A DNA stretch of 42,993 nucleotides from Acidobacteriota bacterium (lineage in GTDB: Bacteria > Acidobacteriota > UBA6911 > JACQSX01), in NCBI GenBank assembly GCA_036507075.1, contig DASXQR010000148.1:1-42993 (forward strand), given 5' to 3'. A program made the translations under genes and the position numbers. This document shows, piece after piece, positions 36,732 to 42,993 of this stretch (position 1 is its first letter; each line of letters starts with the position of its first letter). The notes below the pieces were generated by a model that was not told the DNA's origin, did no database searches, and worked only from the letters and a program-made list of their open reading frames with translations.

Positions 36732-39700
36732 TTGTCCGATTTTGTCCATCTTCATCTCCATTCCGACTACAGCCTGCTCGACGGTGCATGCAAAATCAGC
36801 GCCCTGGTTGAAAGAGCAAAAGCGCTGGGGATGGATTCACTGGCGATCACCGACCATGGAAATCTCTTCGGGGCGGTCGAATTCCATGACGCCGCGCTGG
36901 CTGCCGGGATAAACCCTATTATCGGCTGCGAGGTTTACGTCGCTCGCGAAAGCCGCCTCAGCCGCAACGGCAGGTCTGATAACAGCAATCACCTGGTGCT
37001 TCTCGCCAGAAACACCATCGGCTATCACAATCTGATCAAGCTGGTCTCGGCCGGATTCATCGAAGGCTTCTACTACAAGCCTCGGGTGGACAAGGAACTG
37101 CTTGCCCGCCACAGCGAGGGCCTGACGGCCCTGAGCGCGTGTCTCAAGGGTTCCGTTGCCTCGCACCTGATGCAGGACGAGACGGACGCGGCAGTCGGGG
37201 AAGCGGGAAGCTATCAGGACATTTTCGGCCGGGAGAATTTTTATCTGGAACTGCAGGACCATGGACTGGACGCGCAGCGAAAAGTAAACAGCGCCCTTTT
37301 GGAACTCTCGCGCAAGACAGGCGCCCCTCTGGTGGCCACCAACGACTGTCATTACATTTCCCGCGAAGATTCCTTTGCCCACGAAGTGCTTCTCTGCATT
37401 CAGACCGGCAAGACCATCAACGATGCCAACCGCATGAAATATGCGGCCGAGCAGTTCTACCTGAAGTCCTACGACGAGATGCTGCGCTCATTCGGCGACG
37501 CGAAAGACGCGCTGCTGCGCACCCGGGAGATTGCCGAACAATGCCAATTTCGCATGGAGAAGGGCAAGATCCTGCTTCCCGCTTTTCAGGTTCCTCCCGG
37601 CTACACCGTCGACACCTTTTTGGAAGAGGTGGTCCGCAAAGGCTTCGAAGAACGGCTTTTGGAATGGAAGCGCCTTCAGAATCTGGGAAAGCTGCGCAAT
37701 CCGATCTCCGTCTACGAAGAGCGTGTGAACCGCGAAATTCAAATCATCAAGCAAACGCAATTCCCGAGCTACTTTCTGATCGTCTGGGATTTCATCCGGT
37801 TTGCCCGGGAGCGCGGCATTCCAGTGGGACCGGGTCGCGGCAGCGCCACCGGCAGCCTGGTCTCCTATTGCCTGCGCATCACCGATTTGGATCCGCTTCA
37901 ATACGACCTGCTTTTCGAAAGGTTCCTCAATCCCGAACGGGTCACTCCGCCGGACATCGACATCGATTTCTGCATGAACCGGCGAAATGAAGTGATCGAT
38001 TACGTGATGAACAAGTACGGCCGGGAGAATGTCTCGCAGATCATCACTTTCGGCACCATGGCAGCCCGCGGCGTGATCCGCGACGCGGGACGCGGTTTGA
38101 ACATCCCTTACGCCGAAGTGGACCGCATTGCCAAGCTGGTTCCCCTGGCGCTCGATACCACTCTGGACAAGGCACTCTCCGCCGTCCCTGAACTGCGCCA
38201 GATGCAGCAGGACACGCGTTATCGGCAGTTGATCGAGGTGGCACAGCGACTGGAAGGGATGGCGCGCCATGCTTCCACGCACGCCGCCGGCGTGGTGATC
38301 GCGCCCAAGCCGCTTACCGAATACGTGCCCCTATACCGGTCAAACAGAGACGAAATCATGACGCAGTACTGCATGACCGACCTGGAAAAGCTCGGCCTGC
38401 TGAAAATGGACTTCCTGGCGCTCACCACGCTCACCGTACTGCAGGATACGATCAAACGTGTCCGGGAGGAGCTGAGAGTGTCGGTCGACTGGACGGCTCT
38501 CGGGCTTGAAGATCCGGAAACATTTCGTCTGTTTTGCGAAGGCCGCACTTCCGGCGTGTTCCAGTTTGAAAGCGGCGGGATGCGCGACATCCTGCGCCGC
38601 CTCAAGCCGGATCGTTTTGAGGACCTGATCGCGTTGAACGCCCTCTACCGGCCGGGACCGATCCAGGGTGGAATGATCGACGAGTACATCAAGGGACGCC
38701 ACGGGAAAGAGGTGCGCTACGAGCTGCCGCAACTGGAGGAGATTCTGCGCGAGACCTACGGCGTGATCGTATACCAGGAACAGGTGATGCAGATCGCCAG
38801 CCGGCTGGCCGGTTTTTCACTGGGAGAAGCGGACCTGCTGCGCCGCGCCATGGGAAAGAAGAAGGCCGACGTAATGCAGGCGCAGCGCGAAAAGTTCATC
38901 AGCGGCGCCCGAGCCAACGGCATCCAGGACAAAAAGGCGGGCAAGATTTTCGACTTGATGGAGCAGTTCGCCAGCTACGGATTTCCCAAGGCGCACAGCG
39001 CCGCTTATGCGCTGGTGGCCTATCAAACCGCTTACCTGAAAGTCCATTACCCCGTCCAGTTCATGGCCGCCATGCTCACTTGCGAAATGGACAAGAGCGA
39101 CAAGATGGTCAAGCACCTGCTCGAATGCAAAGAAATGGGAATTGAAGTGCATCCGCCGGACATCGATTCCAGCGAGATATTCTTCAAATCTGCGCAGGAC
39201 AAGATCATCTTCGGCCTTGCCGGCATTAAGAACGTCGGGGAGACGGCCATCCGCAGCATTCTCCAATCGCGGCAGGACAAAGGCCGCTTTACATCTTTTT
39301 TTGATTTCTGCGAGCGGGTAGACCTGCGCATGGTCAACAAGCGCGTGATCGAGAGTCTGGTCAAAGCGGGCGCTTTCGATAAATTGAGCCAGGGACGCGC
39401 CCGCATGTTTCTTTCCATCGACCGCGCCATGGAACACGCTCAGAAGTCACAGAAGGACCGCGAAAGCGGGCAGACCAATCTATTCGGAATGATGCAAACC
39501 CCGGACACCGCCGGCGGCGATGACCTGGTTCCGGCCGACGAATGGATTGAGGCGGAGCGACTGGCGTTTGAAAAGGAGACGCTCGGCTTTTACGTCACCG
39601 GTCACCCGCTGAAGAAATACGAGCAGGAAATCAAGTATTTCACCAGCGCCATGGCTGCGCATATCGGGGAAGAAACGGCTGGAAGTGAAGTGACGCTGGC

Positions 39701-40193
39701 CGGCATGATCACCTCGCTTCGAAAGATGCAGACCAGGAAGGGAGATACGATGGCCGTATTTCAGCTCGAAGATCTTACGGGCACTCTTGAAGTGATCGCT
39801 TTTCCGCAGGTGTATGAGCGTTCGGCTGCGCTGCTGCTGACCGATTCGGCCATTCTGCTCAAGGGTCGCTGCGAATACGACGAGACGGCCCGCGCGCGCA
39901 TTCTTGCCTCCGAGATTCGCTCTTTGAAAAACGTCTGGGACCGGGGCATAGCGTCGCTTAAGGTGAAAATCCCGCTGGAGCGGGTCACATCCGACTTTGT
40001 CAGCAGGCTGAAGACTACCGTGGAGCAATATCCGGGCGAATGTGACCTGGAGTTCGAACTCTTGCAATACAGCGATTACCGGCTCATACTATTTCCCCTG
40101 CAAATGAAAATCCATGCTTCGGCCGAAGTATTGGGAACACTGGGTAAGATCTGCGGGCAGGATTCCATTTCCGTGATCTGCAGAACTCAATAA
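36732..40193 (+). CDS. dnaE: DNA polymerase III alpha subunit
   Basis: FVHLHLHSDYSLLDGA PHP domain, GPGRGSATGSLV, PDIDIDF, KMDFL, C-terminal OB fold. Start is probably TTG 36732 (alternatives 36717, 36723). No intein-sized insertion. Confidence 0.97.
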   Translation: MSDFVHLHLHSDYSLLDGACKISALVERAKALGMDSLAITDHGNLFGAVEFHDAALAAGINPIIGCEVYVARESRLSRNGRSDNSNHLVLLARNTIGYHNLIKLVSAGFIEGFYYKPRVDKELLARHSEGLTALSACLKGSVASHLMQDETDAAVGEAGSYQDIFGRENFYLELQDHGLDAQRKVNSALLELSRKTGAPLVATNDCHYISREDSFAHEVLLCIQTGKTINDANRMKYAAEQFYLKSYDEMLRSFGDAKDALLRTREIAEQCQFRMEKGKILLPAFQVPPGYTVDTFLEEVVRKGFEERLLEWKRLQNLGKLRNPISVYEERVNREIQIIKQTQFPSYFLIVWDFIRFARERGIPVGPGRGSATGSLVSYCLRITDLDPLQYDLLFERFLNPERVTPPDIDIDFCMNRRNEVIDYVMNKYGRENVSQIITFGTMAARGVIRDAGRGLNIPYAEVDRIAKLVPLALDTTLDKALSAVPELRQMQQDTRYRQLIEVAQRLEGMARHASTHAAGVVIAPKPLTEYVPLYRSNRDEIMTQYCMTDLEKLGLLKMDFLALTTLTVLQDTIKRVREELRVSVDWTALGLEDPETFRLFCEGRTSGVFQFESGGMRDILRRLKPDRFEDLIALNALYRPGPIQGGMIDEYIKGRHGKEVRYELPQLEEILRETYGVIVYQEQVMQIASRLAGFSLGEADLLRRAMGKKKADVMQAQREKFISGARANGIQDKKAGKIFDLMEQFASYGFPKAHSAAYALVAYQTAYLKVHYPVQFMAAMLTCEMDKSDKMVKHLLECKEMGIEVHPPDIDSSEIFFKSAQDKIIFGLAGIKNVGETAIRSILQSRQDKGRFTSFFDFCERVDLRMVNKRVIESLVKAGAFDKLSQGRARMFLSIDRAMEHAQKSQKDRESGQTNLFGMMQTPDTAGGDDLVPADEWIEAERLAFEKETLGFYVTGHPLKKYEQEIKYFTSAMAAHIGEETAGSEVTLAGMITSLRKMQTRKGDTMAVFQLEDLTGTLEVIAFPQVYERSAALLLTDSAILLKGRCEYDETARARILASEIRSLKNVWDRGIASLKVKIPLERVTSDFVSRLKTTVEQYPGECDLEFELLQYSDYRLILFPLQMKIHASAEVLGTLGKICGQDSISVICRTQ

Positions 40194-40216
40194 CAAAGTT
40201 TGCTCATGAAAGCTTC

Positions 40217-40359
40217 ACCACAAAGACACAAAGGACACAAGGGGGACGCGGGGAAGGCAGAGGTCAGTCAGCTTCAATAAATCGTCGATATATCTCATCT
40301 TTGATAGCTGACCTCTGCCTGCCCCGCGTCCCCCTTTGTGTTCTTTGTGCCTTTGTGGT
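40217..40359. repeat. Composite long hairpin: (CACAAAGR)n outer arms plus GGGGACGCGGGG-AGGCAGAGGTCAG inner arms
   Basis: Near-perfect ~50-bp inverted arms with a ~40-nt AT-rich loop, between dnaE and accA. Confidence 0.9.
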
Positions 40360-40370
40360 TAAACGTTCTT

Positions 40371-41324
40371 ATGAACGACTTCGAGCGCAGTATTGCCGAG
40401 CTGAAAGAGAAAATCGAGGATTTTGAGACCCGCAATGTCGCCGAGGATCAAGAGGTTGAATTGCGGACAATGCGCGCGCAGCTCGAAGAATTGCAGCGCC
40501 AGCTTCAGGATGATGCTTCAAGGAATCTGGACGCCTGGGAGAGGACTCTGCTCGCACGCCATGAGCAGCGGCCGTATACGCTCGACATTATCGGGCACAT
40601 CTTTCAGGACTTCACCGAAATCCACGGAGATCGAAAATATCACGACGATCCGGCAATGGTCTGCGGCTTGGCTTTTTTTGACGGAAAGCCCGCCGTCATC
40701 ATCGGGCAGCAGAAAGGCCGAAACATGAAGCAGCGGATCTATCGCAACTACGGCATGCCCAAGCCGGAAGGTTACCGCAAGGCTATTCGCGTCATGAAAC
40801 TGGCCGATAAATTCGGCCTTCCGATCTTCTGCTTTGTGGATACTCCCGGCGCCTATCCGGGAATCGGCGCCGAGGAAAGGGGACAGGCGGAAGCTATCGC
40901 CTATAACCTGCGCGAAATGGCAAAGCTGCAAACGCCGGTCATAGTCACGATCGTGGGCGAAGGCGGCAGCGGTGGAGCGCTGGCTATCGGTGTGGGCGAT
41001 CGGGTTTTGATGCTGGAGAATTCGATCTACTCGGTGATTGCGCCGGAAAGCTGCTCGGCGATTCTGTGGAAGGACCAGCTGCACGCGCGGGAGGCGGCCA
41101 ACAACCTTCGCTTGTCGGCGCCCGACCTGTTTCGATTCCAGTTGGTCGATGAAATCGTGCCCGAACCGCCCGGTGGAGCGCATACGGACCATCGCAAGAC
41201 GTCGACTATACTGGCCGAACGCCTGAGATTTCATCTTTCCGAACTGGAAACCATGAGCGCCGGCGAGCGGGTCAATAGGCGCTACGAGAAGTTTCGGAAA
41301 ATGGGATCCTTTGCCCACTGTTAG
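40371..41324 (+). CDS. accA: Acetyl-CoA carboxylase carboxyltransferase alpha subunit
   Basis: ARH..RPYTLD, HGDR...DDPA, GMPKPEGYRKA.R, DTPGAYPG.GAEERGQ, GEGGSGGAL. Start re-called at ATG 40371, since the upstream GTG lies in the repeat arm. Confidence 0.97.
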   Translation: MNDFERSIAELKEKIEDFETRNVAEDQEVELRTMRAQLEELQRQLQDDASRNLDAWERTLLARHEQRPYTLDIIGHIFQDFTEIHGDRKYHDDPAMVCGLAFFDGKPAVIIGQQKGRNMKQRIYRNYGMPKPEGYRKAIRVMKLADKFGLPIFCFVDTPGAYPGIGAEERGQAEAIAYNLREMAKLQTPVIVTIVGEGGSGGALAIGVGDRVLMLENSIYSVIAPESCSAILWKDQLHAREAANNLRLSAPDLFRFQLVDEIVPEPPGGAHTDHRKTSTILAERLRFHLSELETMSAGERVNRRYEKFRKMGSFAHC

Positions 41325-41332
41325 ATCGTCGC

Positions 41333-41553
41333 CCAAATCCGAACCGCGCGCGTCCTTCAAATGCGGATTTCGGAATGCGGAATGCGGAATAAAAGCTGTC
41401 AGTGGTCCGTAGTCGGTGGTCCGTTGTTCGTGGTCCATTATTCGCTAGGTGATCACGTAGCCATGCACACAACTGGCTACGGACCACCGACCACGGACAA
41501 TTATTCCGCATTCCAAAATCCGCATTTGAACGACGCGCGCGGTTCGGATTTGG
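41333..41553. repeat. Nested hairpin element: long near-perfect terminal inverted repeats with (GCGGAAT)n arms enclosing (GTGGTCC/GTAGTCG)n arms
   Basis: ccaaatccgaaccgcgcgcgtc-c-ttcaaatgcggattt-c-ggaatgcggaat / attccgcattcc-a-aaatccgcatttgaa-c-gacgcgcgcggttcggatttgg; inner arms ~41397-41437 and ~41471-41499. Confidence 0.92.
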
Positions 41554-41570
41554 TTCGTAATTAACGAAAT

Positions 41571-42047
41571 ATGGAAAACTTAACCACGCGATTTGCCGCT
41601 GACGTGATGCTGGGCCGGCTGGCTCGATGGCTGAGGGCGGCCGGGCTGGATGTCAGCTATGACAACTCCTTTAGCGATGATCAACTGGTGCAGATTTTTC
41701 TGAGGGAAAAGCGCTGGATCATCACGCGCGACCGCGGTCTGGTGAAAAGGAGAATCCTGCAGCGCGCCGTGCTTTTGGAAACGGACCTGATCGAGGATCA
41801 GCTCCAGGAATTTTTTGTAAAGACCCGTTTCGTTCTCGACAGCCATTCGCTGCAGCCCTTCTCGAGGTGCATCGAATGCAACCTTTTGCTTGATTCTGTT
41901 CCGGCACACTCGGTACAAGCAGAGGTTCCACCCTACGTTTTTGCCACGCAGCAAAAATTTAAACGCTGCTCTGCCTGCCATAAAATCTACTGGGCCGGAA
42001 CCCACCGCGCAAAAATCCAGGCGATGCTGGAAAGGGCACAGTTGTAG
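41571..42047 (+). CDS. Mut7-C RNase (PIN-fold, DUF82) domain protein
   Basis: FAADVMLGRLARWLRAAGLD, IITRDRGL, FSRCIECN, F.RCSAC.KIYWAGTH. Confidence 0.92.
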   Translation: MENLTTRFAADVMLGRLARWLRAAGLDVSYDNSFSDDQLVQIFLREKRWIITRDRGLVKRRILQRAVLLETDLIEDQLQEFFVKTRFVLDSHSLQPFSRCIECNLLLDSVPAHSVQAEVPPYVFATQQKFKRCSACHKIYWAGTHRAKIQAMLERAQL

Positions 42048-42053
42048 CTATCA

Positions 42054-42184
42054 GCAGCCGAGCGCAAGTTCCCGCGATCAGCATCCGCGAATAATGGGAA
42101 CCTGGCTTGAACTTCCACTCAGCATAACCGATGACTAATGACTAGTGACCAATGGAAATTGCTGACACGCGCAGGCTCGGCTGC
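42054..42184. repeat. Degenerate copy of the (GTCATTG)n family with GCAGCCGAGC termini
   Basis: gcagccgagc / gctcggctgc 10-bp inverted repeat; gatgactaatgactagtgaccaatg arm; the right end reverse-complements to the 11449-11480 lead-in. Confidence 0.7.
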
Positions 42185-42189
42185 GGGTA

Positions 42190-42993
42190 TTATTCTTGAC
42201 ACGCCGGACAGTAATACGTCGTGCGCTGTCCCTGCGTGATGCTTTTCAGGTCCATGCCGCAGCGTGGACACTTGCGATCGCCGTGACGGTGCGGAAGAAG
42301 AAAACGCTTCGGATGCCGTTCCAATTCAGTGCGCAAACGGATCGACTCCTCCAAAACCGTCTTCATATTGTGATGCAGGGACTTCCATTCGCCCCGCTTC
42401 AGGGAAGAAGGCCGGCGGCGGGGATTGATGCGGCTCTGAAACAGAATCTCATCGGCGTAAAGATTTCCGATACCTGCCACCAGCTTTTGATTCATCAAGG
42501 CCTGCTTGATCGGCTGTTTTGACCTGCCGAGGATACTTCGCAAAACATCGGAAGACGAAATGCCTGCGATCGGATCGGGCCCGAGAATAGCCAATCGCGG
42601 AAAACCTTGTACATTGTCCACCAGCCAGATCCCGCCAAAGCGGCGCATGTTGACGTAATGCAGCGTGCCGTGGGTGAAACGAAAAGCAGTGCGCGAGTAA
42701 AGCACCGGTTTGTCTGATCTGGTGAACTGAAGGTCCCCTGTCATGCCGAAATGGATCACCATCGCAGGGTCTCCGGTTGCCCTTTCCCGGAGCTTTGGCT
42801 CGTGGTCGACGGACACGATCAAATACTTTCCGCGCCGGCTGGTTGCCGTCACACGTCGTCCGGACAACATCTGCCCTACCTGCCGCGACGTCATGCCCGG
42901 GAAGTTTTTTGAGTCGGACACAATGATGTCACGAATCGTTTTTCCCAGGGCGTACCGCTCAAAGTATCGCCGGAACATTTCTACTTCAGGCAA
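42190..42993 (-). CDS. mutM: Fpg/Nei DNA glycosylase (5' end just outside the window)
   Basis: ...LPEVE, RRGKYL, HFGMTG, RRFG, LGPDP, NQKLVAGIGNLYADEILF, C-terminal CPRC...TTYYCPACQ zinc finger. Confidence 0.9.
   Translation of the reverse strand: MPEVEMFRRYFERYALGKTIRDIIVSDSKNFPGMTSRQVGQMLSGRRVTATSRRGKYLIVSVDHEPKLRERATGDPAMVIHFGMTGDLQFTRSDKPVLYSRTAFRFTHGTLHYVNMRRFGGIWLVDNVQGFPRLAILGPDPIAGISSSDVLRSILGRSKQPIKQALMNQKLVAGIGNLYADEILFQSRINPRRRPSSLKRGEWKSLHHNMKTVLEESIRLRTELERHPKRFLLPHRHGDRKCPRCGMDLKSITQGQRTTYYCPACQE

Noticed and set aside
41571..42047. Mut7-C PIN protein as a toxin-antitoxin or defence module
   Set aside because: No adjacent antitoxin or defence gene; stand-alone Mut7-C proteins are common.
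14256..42993. ku, priA, udg, dnaE and mutM as a DNA-repair island
   Set aside because: They are spread over ~29 kb in separate operons; gmk-rpoZ-coaBC...priA and dnaE-accA are ordinary conserved syntenies.
1..42993. Autonomous IS, integron, prophage, retron or diversity-generating retroelement
   Set aside because: No transposase, integrase, reverse transcriptase or phage gene, and no template/variable repeat pair, was recognisable.

Overview
This ~43 kb bacterial chromosomal segment is probably from an Acidobacteriota-like organism; that is inferred from the Oar-type TonB-dependent receptor and the secreted multidomain proteins. The coding content is mostly housekeeping: arginase, leuA, priA, a family-4 UDG, era, coaBC, rpoZ, gmk, yicC, an msbA-like exporter, guaA, dnaE, accA, Mut7-C and a partial Fpg. 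It also holds a small surface-glycan locus (methyltransferase, GT2-GT4 fusion, a four-module repeat protein), a Ku + MerR-HTH/TPR gene pair with no ligD in the window, a secreted metzincin protease with a small partner gene, a TBDR and a beta-propeller protein. The most striking signal is non-coding. About 19 intergenic regions carry mostly hairpin-forming elements whose inverted arms are short tandem repeats (6-10-mers, about ten unit families). Copies within a family share termini and spacer motifs, occur in two arm orientations, nest inside one another and often abut stop codons. One REP-like doublet lies in frame inside a gene. No transposase, recombinase, reverse transcriptase, CRISPR array, rRNA or tRNA was seen.
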